This document shows positions 1-9,735 of a stretch of DNA of 64,000 nt, in pieces. The DNA is taken from contig CAZCSM010000001.1 of the NCBI GenBank assembly GCA_964501355.1, positions 10,873-74,872 of the forward strand. The letters run 5' to 3'. The DNA comes from an uncultured Candidatus Saccharibacteria bacterium (GTDB lineage Bacteria; Patescibacteriota; Dojkabacteria; CAZCSM01). The stretch's first letter is position 1, and every line of letters begins with the position of its first letter. Below the pieces are notes generated by a model. It was not told where the DNA came from and searched no databases. It worked only from the letters and a program-made list of their open reading frames with translations. The position numbers were made by a program, and so were the translations under genes.

Positions 1-2220
1 AATTGTCCCTGTGTATTGTGGACTTGTCGTAATCAGGTTTCCATTTACATATATCCTGAGGTATCCACTGCTATCAATATTTCCAACGACGTAACTCCAT
101 GCATTCAAAGGAACAACACTCGCTGCTGTTGTGAGCGAACGTTGTGTTCCTGCTACACTAACACTAAAGGTCAGACCTCCGGTGCTTCGAAATGAAAAAT
201 AAGGCAGGTTCTTCGACATTATCATACCGTGGGCCGCCGGATATGCAGTAGGATAAATCCAAGCAGAGTAGGTTACCCCGGATGTGGTAGCAGCATATTC
301 TGAGCGATCTCCGGTGTCAACATAATCATTAGTCCCATCAAAATCTAATGCCGTTCCATTCACGCCTTGTATCCAGTCTGTTGACTCATCCATATTAATC
401 ATCATGCCGTTCATCTCTTGGTACATTGCAGATATTTGATCTGATGTAAGCGCATAATTATATAACCGCACATCGTCAATAACACCATCATAGAAATTAG
501 ATGCTGTCGTGCTGGAATTTATTGCTCCGATATGGAATCTCTTAGTTGTATCTTGAAGTGATGTGGGTATCCTTGTTGCATCGGTTGAGGTTGCGAGTAT
601 AACTCCGTTTACAAGTAAATCCATGCGCGGTATCGAAGGATTGTAAATGCCAACAACATGATACCAGGAACCAACGGTCAGATTTAAAGAGGTCGTTCCT
701 ATTGCCTCTTTTAATTTAAGACTCTCATTTTCAACATAAAAGCGCACTTCATCACCAAATTGAGTCAGTCTGTAATCATCCCTGGCATCATACTTTGCTG
801 CAATTGTGAAGTATGTTGATGCTGTTACCGATTCTGGTTTTATCCAAGCAGATAAAGTTAATGCTCCTGTAATCGATAGCGACGTACTATCTGCCATATA
901 AATATATTGTGAGCTAGTTGATTCGAAATCTCTTGAATAACCTAAGCTTCCAACAACAGCTACGGGTGTAGCAACTAAAGTTCCATCATTATTATTCTGT
1001 GTTTCGTCATATGCTGTTGTTCCGTTTGTCTCGTCTAATTTCCATCTGGCAACATAATCTCTCGGTGCTTGTGTACTTGAATTGTTGAATGCAGTTGTAC
1101 CATAACCTTCATCAAATGATAGATGGAGAATTGGTTCTTTTGAAACTTCTTCTGTTCCTAATGCATTTATCGTTGGTTCTGTTGCCGCATATGCACGCGC
1201 AAGAAAAAAATCATAATAGGCCTCTGCTTCATATTGCATTGCTCCCATTCCTCCTGTTTGTGAAGAAGCTGTTACTGTGGAAAAATAAGTACTATCACGA
1301 TATGCCATTGAGCTTGTGCTACTTGCAACCGTTTCTAGAACGTACCAAACATTCTGGCTTGAGGTCACCGTTCCGTTTGCGGATACTCCATTTCCTGAGT
1401 GAAGATAATCCACGCTTGCGCCTTCAAAGGCAAAATACCATTGTTGCGTTGGAGCTGCATTTGTCGTTACATTCGGTATTGTTCGGAAACTCATTCCTGT
1501 ACGTGTTGCCGTAGTTAAATAATATCCGGTTTGTTTTACTCTGGATCTGAATACGGCTTCAGTTAGATTGGATTCTTTGACAAAATATGCCCACATACCA
1601 TATCCATAGTTGTTATCTATAAAAAGCTGATTGTCGACGATAGAATACGCTGGTGGCGAAACCATACCCAAATTTGTTGTGTAATTCTTTGTCCAGCCTT
1701 GTGTTTCGAGGCTTGCAATTGATTCTCCAACAAAATCCTCAAACATGAGAAAGGTTTCTTTTCCATTACTCCCAATTGGTGCAGTTGGGTTTCCGTAATA
1801 CATATATATTTCTTTGCCGGGAGCATTTATTCTGTTCACTTCTACCCAAATATCTGTTGTGGTCGTATTACATCCGCTTTCAATCCAATAATCATATTGA
1901 ACACCATCGGCTCCGGCAAACCTTAAATCATCGCAATCACTTTGTAATTTTCCTGCCGTTACTAAAGCAGAAGTGTTTACATCATTTAGTAGAACCTGAT
2001 AATTTTCCAAACTTGTCACACCAGAGTATTGGATTGCGATTCTTTGTCGATATCTCCACGAGCTTTCCCACCATGCAGCCTCGGTTTTCTGAGGCTTGTT
2101 TAGAAAGAGTAAGGTGGTAGTTAAACTGAAAAAAGATAGTCCAACAACTCCGGCAAAAGTGCGGAGACGGATGTTCCTTTTCTCAAATTTTGTTTTGTTT
2201 TCTTTGTTATTTATCAACAC
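1..2220 (-). CDS. DUF2341 + LamG (concanavalin-like) secreted/surface protein, 3' end truncated by window edge
   Basis: Not in ORF track (runs off edge). Manual translation from GTG 2220: hydrophobic signal, AWWESSWRYRQRI...DCDDLRF...YWIESGCNTTTTDIWV...IYMYYGNP (DUF2341), then WKLDETNGTTAYD...LTLSAWIKP (LamG). Confidence 0.85.
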   Translation of the reverse strand, partial: MLINNKENKTKFEKRNIRLRTFAGVVGLSFFSLTTTLLFLNKPQKTEAAWWESSWRYRQRIAIQYSGVTSLENYQVLLNDVNTSALVTAGKLQSDCDDLRFAGADGVQYDYWIESGCNTTTTDIWVEVNRINAPGKEIYMYYGNPTAPIGSNGKETFLMFEDFVGESIASLETQGWTKNYTTNLGMVSPPAYSIVDNQLFIDNNYGYGMWAYFVKESNLTEAVFRSRVKQTGYYLTTATRTGMSFRTIPNVTTNAAPTQQWYFAFEGASVDYLHSGNGVSANGTVTSSQNVWYVLETVASSTSSMAYRDSTYFSTVTASSQTGGMGAMQYEAEAYYDFFLARAYAATEPTINALGTEEVSKEPILHLSFDEGYGTTAFNNSSTQAPRDYVARWKLDETNGTTAYDETQNNNDGTLVATPVAVVGSLGYSRDFESTSSQYIYMADSTSLSITGALTLSAWIKPESVTASTYFTIAAKYDARDDYRLTQFGDEVRFYVENESLKLKEAIGTTSLNLTVGSWYHVVGIYNPSIPRMDLLVNGVILATSTDATRIPTSLQDTTKRFHIGAINSSTTASNFYDGVIDDVRLYNYALTSDQISAMYQEMNGMMINMDESTDWIQGVNGTALDFDGTNDYVDTGDRSEYAATTSGVTYSAWIYPTAYPAAHGMIMSKNLPYFSFRSTGGLTFSVSVAGTQRSLTTAASVVPLNAWSYVVGNIDSSGYLRIYVNGNLITTSPQYTGTI

Positions 2221-2250
2221 TCTATCTTTGTCAAAGTTTTGTTATTGTTC

Positions 2251-2410
2251 GGATTTCCCTCTAAGAAGAGGGGTGGCTGAACGAAGTGAAGCCGGGGTGT
2301 GTTTCTTGTATTACTTATTACACCTTCCAACCTTTGCTTCGCAAAGCCCACCTTCCCTACTAGGAAGGATTTCTCCCTTCCCCTCCAGTAAGAGGGGATT
2401 GAGGGGTGTA
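2251..2410. repeat. Cluster of three REP-like palindromic units downstream of the DUF559 gene
   Basis: acaccttcc-hairpin(cttcg loop)-ccaccttccctactaggaaggattt at 2320-2372; inverted relatives at 2251-2301 and ~2379-2410. Confidence 0.7.
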
Positions 2411-2779
2411 TTTTTGATAATTCAATATCCAACCTTCTAATTCAAATATAACTTCTTCTAAATTATTTAAAATATCTCCCTCATTGAACCTTAATACGGT
2501 CAAACCTTTACTTTCCAATCTTTTCTGCCTTTTAACATCATCATCACAACGGTCATTATTATCATGTAATCTTCCATCTATTTCGATTACTAACATTAAT
2601 TGATTGCAAAAGAAATCTGCAATATAGTCGAGTATTGGCTTCTGTCTTATAAATTTGTAACCCAACATTTGCTTTTGCCGCAAGTACCTCCAAAGTTGAA
2701 TTTCACCGTATGTCATATTTTTCCTTAACTTTATTGCTAGAGGTTTCAGTTTTGGGTTGTAATAAATTCTTTTATTCAT
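2360..2779 (-). CDS. DUF559 / Vsr-like endonuclease domain protein
   Basis: LRKNMTYGEIQLWRYLR...GYKFIRQKPILDYIADFFC..LVIEIDGRLH...GLTVLRF is the typical DUF559 signature. Confidence 0.92.
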   Translation of the reverse strand: MNKRIYYNPKLKPLAIKLRKNMTYGEIQLWRYLRQKQMLGYKFIRQKPILDYIADFFCNQLMLVIEIDGRLHDNNDRCDDDVKRQKRLESKGLTVLRFNEGDILNNLEEVIFELEGWILNYQKYTPQSPLTGGEGRNPS

Positions 2780-2795
2780 AGAATTAAGGTTTCTA

Positions 2796-2848
2796 CACCT
2801 TCCGTCAAATTTCTTCGAAATTTGCCACCTTCCTTTTTAGGAAGGATT
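2796..2848. repeat. REP-like palindromic unit upstream of the DUF559 gene
   Basis: acaccttccgtcaaatttcttcgaaatttgccaccttcctttttaggaaggattt, same scaffold as 2320-2372. Confidence 0.7.
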
Positions 2849-5800
2849 TTTCTGTTCATCAATCGACTTTACCAACCACCAATCAAACTCTATGTCATGT
2901 CCACAAGTGTTTTCTTTTTCAAGGGTAACTGTAAATCCGATGTTCGTTTCTTTTCCTAAAACATACAAGTTATTTCCACAAAGTGGGGTAGTTGCTGTAA
3001 TCATAATTTGTGTGTTTCCATCGATGCTTCCATTTTCAATCTTAACCTGTTCGAAAGCTAATAATTCTTCTTCTGTTAAATTCCTCTCTTGATTTTGTAC
3101 ATCAATTGGCAGATTTTCAGTAACCATAAGAGGGATGAAAGAATGCCCCGCATTTGCACTGATTATATTTCCTTCTACTTGTATATCTGATTTTACAGTC
3201 AATTTGTATTCTGCTTTTAAGACAAGTTCTCCTTCGCTAGATAACTCTAACATTTGTGCAAGAGGGGATAATTCCTCCAGAGCATCAATTCTCAACTTTT
3301 GTTCTTCGATTGCAACCAATATCGCAGAATCATCGTAAACATAAACATTCCCTTGCTTTTCTTTAAGTAGTTCTATTTCGTGATTTTGATTTTGTATTGC
3401 TTTAAGCAACGGTGTGACCAAGTATGAATATTGTACTGTCTCAGGTGTACCTTGCTCGTTGTAGCTCACTAATTCTTTTTGCACATTCTCTACTTCTTCT
3501 GCTATTAAACCCCATGAATGTACTCCATCTGCTATAAAATCAAACTCAACTGGTCTTAAATCATAAAGCCAACCGACATCATTTATGTCGATAACATTTT
3601 CTTTATATCGAATTGAAGAGGAAATATAACCCAATTGACCTGTTGATGAAATATATAGATCTCTACCTGTAGAAAAGTAATCTCCATAAACTTGTGGCAT
3701 GAATACTTCTCCGCCAGTTCCAATTTTGAAATCTATTGCTGTAGCCCAATCTATTCCTCGTCCAATTCTGTAAGTTCCATCATCTACACCAACAGTCGAA
3801 GAATCATATACTCCTGTTGCCCAAGTTAGCGCTGCTGTTGCAAAGTGTAATGAAGCAATATTTGCTTCAGATTGTATCATTACACCCGGCCCCGTCACTT
3901 TCCCGTCATTATAAACATGCAGTTGATATGTGGGTGAAGTGTTAAATATACCAACTGAACCATCATTTAAAATAGTTATTGCTTCTCTTCCTCCATTATT
4001 CCCCACTAGAAAGTGCATATCCGCGCCTGTTGTTCCTATTCCTGTTGTTGTCTGTAAATATAAATCTGATGTGGTTGCGGTTCCTCCTATAACTTTCGGG
4101 GTTCGAATGTCTGTTGTGAATGTTGGAGATGTGGCTAATACAAATAGTCCTGTTCCAGTTTCATCAGTTATTCGACCTGCCCAGTTTGCAGATGTTGTTG
4201 CATCTATATTACTGTAAACGTGATTATGACTGTCATCTACGACGGCCGTTGTAATTGCGGTTGTACCCGAACCAGTAACATCGCCAGATAATGTAATGGT
4301 TTGATTTTCGGTCAAAAGTCCAAGTGCAGAAATAACCTGTGCGGGTGTAGATGGTCGGATATAATTGTTTGAAACAGTATCAACCTGAGTCATAATATAT
4401 CCAATTGTCGCGTTCGTAGTATCATACTCCGAACGGAATAAACGACTATTAATGTCACCAGAACCGTTCCGAACGGCTACCGTACTTCCAGTAGAACTTT
4501 CACTTGAATCGTAACCATCCAGTAAATCTGCATTGAGATTTGTAAATTTAGTGGTTGCAGAAACAGTGTGTGGTATTAATGCCCCGCTAGAATTAAACCT
4601 TTCGTTTCCTGCAATATATAAACTTGAGGAAACTAATAAATCATCATCAACCACAACATCTCCTGTTCCTTTGCTTCTTAAAACAACGTCATATGCTTCG
4701 TAGCTATCTCCGGCTTCGATGTAAAGTGCTCCATTTGAGCTTACCGTTGAAGCAATCATGTTGCTGAAGAATAGATCTTGTGTGATCTCCACATCTCCAA
4801 CATTGTTAAACGAAGCGGGAACATCAACATTCATTTGCGTGTTCGAGACACGAATGATATTATCTCCGGCATTGTTCTGTACTCTTAGAAAATCTGTGCT
4901 ACCTGATTGCCCTTTTATGTCTAATGTATAAGCTGGCAAAGCGGTGCCAATTCCCAGTAGCTTGTTTGTATTATCCCAGAAAAAAGCTGCGTTATCTTGA
5001 GATAGAACACCATCTGTTCCAGCAAAAACAACACTTCCTACGGTGAAGTTTGTATCGATAGTGTTTGTAATAATTGAATTTGCAGTAATGTTCCCGCTCG
5101 AATCAAGCGTTGCATTTACTGAGTTTACAATGCTTGTCCCATTAAAATATGTAATTCCGGAATTTGAGAATGATGATGAGTTTGTTCCTCCATTTGCGAT
5201 CGGTAAGATTCCTGACACATCTGTTGTCAGGGCAACATCATTTCCACCGCTTAATACACCACTGGCATTATTTTTTACAAAACCGGCAACTGTCATTCCG
5301 CTAAAGGTAATTGTTCCGGAAGATGTTATTCCTGTTGCAGCAGCAATTGCCCCACTTGAGTTGACCTGGAACAAATCTCCATTCCCAACTGTTAATAGTG
5401 CAAGAGGGGAAGTGTCTCCGATACCGACGTTACCTATTTGTTCCAAATGAACGTCACTGTACGCAAGAATGACATTGCCATTAGTTTTTCCTTTTCCGCC
5501 AGAAATATACACCGTCCCAGCGTTCCCTCCGCTCAGAACACCTGTGGGCGAATCTCCTGCGTATAGCTTGAGATATCCTCCCTGTCCTCCAGTGGATGTG
5601 AAATTGGATCTACCTCCACCTGCACCGCTCTGTATAGTTATGTCTCCACCGGCGCCAGCCCCTTCCGAGTTCGTACTAAAGCCATCTCCACCGACAATGC
5701 TTATGTTGTCACCTTGTCCTCCACTTACATTTCCGTTCCCTCCGAGTATCTTTAGAACATAATTTCCGCTCCCTCCGCTTCCAAGTAAATCAAGTTTAGC

Positions 5801-6442
5801 GGTCAATGAGCTGGTTTTTCCAATTCCTACATTTCCTCCGTCTTCTACAAATAATCCATTTCCTCCATCGTCATAAAGCGCTAGGCCTCCAGCATCTCTA
5901 GCGGACATTCCATCTCCGTATATAATTGCGTTATCAATTAGGTTAATATCACCCTGTGCATCAAGCAAAAGGACATTATTTGCTGCAGTACCTGCATCTG
6001 CGCCATCAAGCAGATCTGCGTTTATTGAGTATGCCGCAGAAGTTAAATGCTGTCTTGGTGATAACGTTTCTCCTCCAGAAGAACATGAACTTGATGTATT
6101 TACATAGACCTGTAAATAATAATCGTAAACATCAAAATCAATATTTAGAGTATCTGCCGAACCGACTTCGGCAGAGAATACCCCGTTTGATGTTGTGATT
6201 GATGTTGGAGTGGGTGTGCTTGCTGGCCAAACTTGAGATCCTGCACCTACTGTTGAATTATCCCAAATTGAGAAACAAATGTAATATGTTCCTGTTAATA
6301 AATTATCAGAAGAGTCCATTAGCCGCCCCTGGTAATTCAGTCTTCGAGGAACTGTATCGGCAGCAGTTGATTTAACAGTAACAATAACTGTTAAAATTAG
6401 TATCGAAAGTAAAATTGTGATCGTCTTTTTTATTAACCTCAT
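2837..6442 (-). CDS. Large secreted fibre-like protein with Peptidase_S74 intramolecular chaperone domain
   Basis: Signal peptide, VPRRLNYQGRLMD N-terminus, repeated GNVGIG motifs, SSIRYKENV...LRPVEF...GLIAEEVE...LLKAIQ (S74). Confidence 0.85.
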   Translation of the reverse strand: MRLIKKTITILLSILILTVIVTVKSTAADTVPRRLNYQGRLMDSSDNLLTGTYYICFSIWDNSTVGAGSQVWPASTPTPTSITTSNGVFSAEVGSADTLNIDFDVYDYYLQVYVNTSSSCSSGGETLSPRQHLTSAAYSINADLLDGADAGTAANNVLLLDAQGDINLIDNAIIYGDGMSARDAGGLALYDDGGNGLFVEDGGNVGIGKTSSLTAKLDLLGSGGSGNYVLKILGGNGNVSGGQGDNISIVGGDGFSTNSEGAGAGGDITIQSGAGGGRSNFTSTGGQGGYLKLYAGDSPTGVLSGGNAGTVYISGGKGKTNGNVILAYSDVHLEQIGNVGIGDTSPLALLTVGNGDLFQVNSSGAIAAATGITSSGTITFSGMTVAGFVKNNASGVLSGGNDVALTTDVSGILPIANGGTNSSSFSNSGITYFNGTSIVNSVNATLDSSGNITANSIITNTIDTNFTVGSVVFAGTDGVLSQDNAAFFWDNTNKLLGIGTALPAYTLDIKGQSGSTDFLRVQNNAGDNIIRVSNTQMNVDVPASFNNVGDVEITQDLFFSNMIASTVSSNGALYIEAGDSYEAYDVVLRSKGTGDVVVDDDLLVSSSLYIAGNERFNSSGALIPHTVSATTKFTNLNADLLDGYDSSESSTGSTVAVRNGSGDINSRLFRSEYDTTNATIGYIMTQVDTVSNNYIRPSTPAQVISALGLLTENQTITLSGDVTGSGTTAITTAVVDDSHNHVYSNIDATTSANWAGRITDETGTGLFVLATSPTFTTDIRTPKVIGGTATTSDLYLQTTTGIGTTGADMHFLVGNNGGREAITILNDGSVGIFNTSPTYQLHVYNDGKVTGPGVMIQSEANIASLHFATAALTWATGVYDSSTVGVDDGTYRIGRGIDWATAIDFKIGTGGEVFMPQVYGDYFSTGRDLYISSTGQLGYISSSIRYKENVIDINDVGWLYDLRPVEFDFIADGVHSWGLIAEEVENVQKELVSYNEQGTPETVQYSYLVTPLLKAIQNQNHEIELLKEKQGNVYVYDDSAILVAIEEQKLRIDALEELSPLAQMLELSSEGELVLKAEYKLTVKSDIQVEGNIISANAGHSFIPLMVTENLPIDVQNQERNLTEEELLAFEQVKIENGSIDGNTQIMITATTPLCGNNLYVLGKETNIGFTVTLEKENTCGHDIEFDWWLVKSIDEQKNPS

Positions 6443-6576
6443 AGAGGCAGTTTGTATTCGTAAAACAGATAGTTTTTCACATATTCAATATAGAGGATTT
6501 TTAACGTGGGGGCAACGATTCTATTGATTGATAAGAATCATGATGATACATTGTAAACAGGTAATGCTATTAATTT

Positions 6577-7308
6577 ATGTGCCAGATTCTAATGCCTGAA
6601 GTAACTCATGGAGAATTATCACGTCCTGATGTAATGATTTATGAGCCCTATTCAAAAGAAGGTCCATTCAAAAAATTTCGTAATGGATTGAGGACTCTTT
6701 TTAAACCTAATCCCGAAAAAGGGAAATCCTTTGAGCTTAAAGGTGTTGCAAAACCCGCGGTTCCTAGTGATTTTGCAAAAGTTGAGAATGGAATGCTTGT
6801 AATAACGGACGCGATTCGTTTGGAACGTGCTCCAGAAAACGTAAGAGATTATGCTAATCGGAGAGAAAAAGACTTGAGGGGGGGTACTTTTGAGGTTCAA
6901 GATTGCATAGTTATTCGTTGGAAAGGAAATATGGATAATCCTCCGGAGGAGGTTAAAGCTCTTGGTACGGTTCTAACAGCAGCTATGGCTAGTATGAGCA
7001 ATATTCCTCGTGTAGTAACTGTAGATTTAGGAATTCCTCAGACAAGAATTAGAACTTCTCCTGTTTTTGACCTTGCGGATGGGGTTTCTTTCACTCAACG
7101 GGTTCAACGAGGTGGTGTTGAGGAAGAACTCTGTGCTAATGCGTTACCAATAGTTTTTTCAAAGGGAGTTCGAGGGGTTGGTCAGGAGCAGTACGATGCA
7201 TGGATGAGTGATTTAGGCAAGGCTATTCACGAAGCTGCAGGTACGGTTGGTGGACAAGGTGATGTTTCTTGGGAAATGGTCTCCGCAGAAACTAGCGCGG
7301 CTAGTTAA
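6577..7308 (+). CDS. Hypothetical protein
   Basis: 243-aa ORF filling the gap; no recognisable motif. Confidence 0.6.
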   Translation: MCQILMPEVTHGELSRPDVMIYEPYSKEGPFKKFRNGLRTLFKPNPEKGKSFELKGVAKPAVPSDFAKVENGMLVITDAIRLERAPENVRDYANRREKDLRGGTFEVQDCIVIRWKGNMDNPPEEVKALGTVLTAAMASMSNIPRVVTVDLGIPQTRIRTSPVFDLADGVSFTQRVQRGGVEEELCANALPIVFSKGVRGVGQEQYDAWMSDLGKAIHEAAGTVGGQGDVSWEMVSAETSAAS

Positions 7309-7393
7309 TTCTTTTTGGACTTAAAGAAATCTATTTGGGACTTTTTTGAAGTAACTTTGTTACTTTATGAAAAGATCTTCGTATTTCTAGATA

Positions 7394-8053
7394 ATGAAAG
7401 CTTTTATTATAAATAAAAAAATAATAAGGAAAACTATTCTAATTGGAATTCTATTAACAATCATTTACTTCTTAATTCTTCCCATTCGAATCGTTCAATC
7501 CGGGCGAAAACAAGTATTTCAGGATCTGGAAAGTGTTGGGAATTATGAAGTCGGAATTGTTTTTGGAGCTGGTGTAAAAGAAGATGGACAACCTCACGAT
7601 ATGCTTCGCGATAGATTAATTGTCGCTGCTGATTTATACAATGATGGAAAGATCAAGAAAATTTTAGTTTCAGGTGATAATCGCTTTGAAAATTACAACG
7701 AACCGCAGGCGATGTATGATTACTTGATCGAAGAATTTGGAATTCCAGATGAGGATATTTATCGGGATTACGCTGGTCGAAGAAGTTACGATACTTGTGC
7801 AAGAGCAAAGGAGATATTCGGTGTCGAGAAGGCATTATTGATTACACAAGGTTATCACTTACCTCGAACTATTTACACTTGTGAAAAACTTGGCATAGAG
7901 AGTGAAGGAATTTCTGGAACTTTGGAACCTTATATTGGTGAGGAATATTATAAACTGCGAGAAATTGCAGCGATTTATAAAGCGTGGTTTGACGTAAATA
8001 TTTGGTCTCCGGTTTATGTTGGGGGAGAAGTGGAAGAAGACCTTACGGATTAA
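7394..8053 (+). CDS. sanA: SanA/YdcF (DUF218) family protein
   Basis: N-terminal TM; VGIVFGAG...LRDRL...ILVSGDN..NYNEPQAM...DYAGRRSYDTC...ITQGYHLPR. Confidence 0.85.
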   Translation: MKAFIINKKIIRKTILIGILLTIIYFLILPIRIVQSGRKQVFQDLESVGNYEVGIVFGAGVKEDGQPHDMLRDRLIVAADLYNDGKIKKILVSGDNRFENYNEPQAMYDYLIEEFGIPDEDIYRDYAGRRSYDTCARAKEIFGVEKALLITQGYHLPRTIYTCEKLGIESEGISGTLEPYIGEEYYKLREIAAIYKAWFDVNIWSPVYVGGEVEEDLTD

Positions 8054-8172
8054 ATTTCAAATTACCAATTTCCAATAACCAATGAATACAAAATATAGAA
8101 TCTGGAATTTAGAATTTGGCGAAGAAAGAATTTGGTAGCTAGGTAGCTGGTAGTTAGGGAGAATAAAAAAGG

Positions 8173-8218
8173 TGTCATTCCGAGTGAGCCCCGAGAATCG
8201 GGGCGAATCGAGGAATCT
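8173..8218 (+). repeat. TGTC-type REP-like palindrome
   Basis: tgtcattccgagtgagccccgagaatcggggcgaatcgaggaatct. Confidence 0.65.
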
Positions 8219-8280
8219 AGCGAAGAGAAAAAGAATTATGAGTTATGAATTTTGAATATGGAATTTGGCGAAGAGAATCT

Positions 8281-8502
8281 TCACCCTTCCACATAATCCC
8301 CCGGGTTATCTAATACAGCTTCAACGCCTTCTCTCCAATACCCGCGACTATTGGTTCCTTCTAAAGCCCTTCTCCAACCAGATATGTTTCCTAATATTGA
8401 GGTTATCGCTCTGCTAAGACCCCCTCCTCTTGGGCTTCGATCAGCAAGTGCATTTAAAGCGTCTTCCGTTGTTGCTGTCAAAACATCATCTGGTTTCTTC
8501 AT
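8281..8502 (-). CDS. Small hypothetical protein
   Basis: 73-aa ATG ORF with protein-like composition in an otherwise intergenic gap. Confidence 0.45.
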   Translation of the reverse strand: MKKPDDVLTATTEDALNALADRSPRGGGLSRAITSILGNISGWRRALEGTNSRGYWREGVEAVLDNPGDYVEG

Positions 8503-8586
8503 TTTTTAATTTCTCTTAATGTTAAATTCCTATCTGCTAGCTACAAACTACCGATTATTCGTTACCAACTACCAATTCTTATTCTT

Positions 8587-8619
8587 TCTCCACAATCTCT
8601 TCACATTTTGGAGTATAAT
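8587..8619 (+). promoter_or_regulatory. OmpR-family direct-repeat box plus -10 element upstream of the response regulator
   Basis: TCTCCACA (8587) and TCTTCACA (8598), 11-bp period, followed by TATAAT at 8614. Confidence 0.55.
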
Positions 8620-8673
8620 GTAAATACTTAATTATGTATAGATTCCGTGTCAAACATGGAACGACAGCTGTAT

Positions 8674-9354
8674 ATGGCAACTATTCTCGTCGTAGAAGAT
8701 GACAATGAAATAAGGCAGATTGAAAAGGATTACCTCGCCCGTGAAGGCTACGAGGTTCTTGAATCGGATGATGGCGATGATGCTCTCGATGTGTTTCGAG
8801 AGTCAAAACCGGATTTAGTTGTTCTTGATCTTAATCTTCCTTTTCTTGACGGTGTCGAGGTTTGTAAAGAGATTAGAAAGAGTTCCGGCGTTCCAATTAT
8901 TATGGTTACTGCAAGAACGAAAGAAATAGATGAACTTATTGGTTTGGAAGTAGGGGCGGATGATTATTTGAAGAAACCATTTAGTCCGAAGATTCTTGTT
9001 GCACGCGTACAAGCTTTACTCAAAAGGCCAGAATATATTAATGACAGCAAAGTAATTAATATCGGTAATTTGAGTATAGATCTGGAAAAACGGCTCGTTC
9101 ATAAATCCGGAGAACTCATCAATTTAACAACAACTCAATTCAATATTCTTTCGCTTATGGCGATTAATAAGGGAAGAGTTTTTGAAAGATATGATTTAAT
9201 TGAACGCGTTAGTGATGATATGCCGGATATTTTTGACAGAACGATTGATTCTCATATCAAGAATATTCGTAAATTAATAGAGGCTGACTCGAAAAATCCT
9301 AAATATATTTTAACGGTGAGGGGAAAGGGTTATAGGTTTTGTGACAATTTTTAA
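8674..9354 (+). CDS. OmpR/BaeR-like response regulator
   Basis: ILVVEDD...VVLDLNLP..DG...GADDYLKKPFSP...RTIDSHIKNIRK...TVRGKGYRF; start placed at ATG 8674. Confidence 0.95.
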   Translation: MATILVVEDDNEIRQIEKDYLAREGYEVLESDDGDDALDVFRESKPDLVVLDLNLPFLDGVEVCKEIRKSSGVPIIMVTARTKEIDELIGLEVGADDYLKKPFSPKILVARVQALLKRPEYINDSKVINIGNLSIDLEKRLVHKSGELINLTTTQFNILSLMAINKGRVFERYDLIERVSDDMPDIFDRTIDSHIKNIRKLIEADSKNPKYILTVRGKGYRFCDNF

Positions 9355-9420
9355 ACATTGAACTTCCTTAGTCAATATATTTAAATGCTGTATTGAAAAA
9401 TTAATAAATATCTCTAATGA

Positions 9421-9633
9421 GCTACTTTTGCAAACAAAAGTAGCCAAAATTTCTGAAACAAGACTTTCCTCCAGTGGAGGAGAGATGTCACGAAGTGACA
9501 GAGAGGAGAATTAGTGCCAGAGATGGTAATCATAGAACAGAAATTAATCGGCATAGAAATCCCCTTTGTCATACTTCGACAGACTCAGTATGACATTTCC
9601 CCTTTTCCAAAGGGGAATCTTGTTTCAGGCTTC
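9421..9633. repeat. ~210-bp structured repeat (MITE/REPIN-like), copy 1
   Basis: Near-identical to 12701-12913; inverted repeat ctgaaacaaga (9453)/tcttgtttcag (9618); internal hairpins. Confidence 0.9.
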
Positions 9634-9700
9634 AACGGCTAACAACCGAATACAGATAACATTGGGATTTTTACATTGTTTTTTAAAATATTAATTCTAC

Positions 9701-9728
9701 GAGATCCTGAAATAAATTCAGGATGACA
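9701..9728 (-). repeat. TGTC-type REP-like palindrome
   Basis: gagatcctgaaataaattcaggatgaca. Confidence 0.65.
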
Positions 9729-9735
9729 CAAAATT

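Noticed and set aside
1850-1890. Possible frameshift in the DUF2341 gene
   Set aside because: Re-reading gives a continuous frame (YWIESGCNTTTTDIWV)
1089-2440. Short ORFs listed in the ORF track
   Set aside because: Shadows of the long minus-strand DUF2341/LamG frame or translations of palindromic repeats
2837-6442. Prophage inferred from tail-fibre similarity
   Set aside because: Has a signal peptide and no capsid, terminase or tail genes nearby
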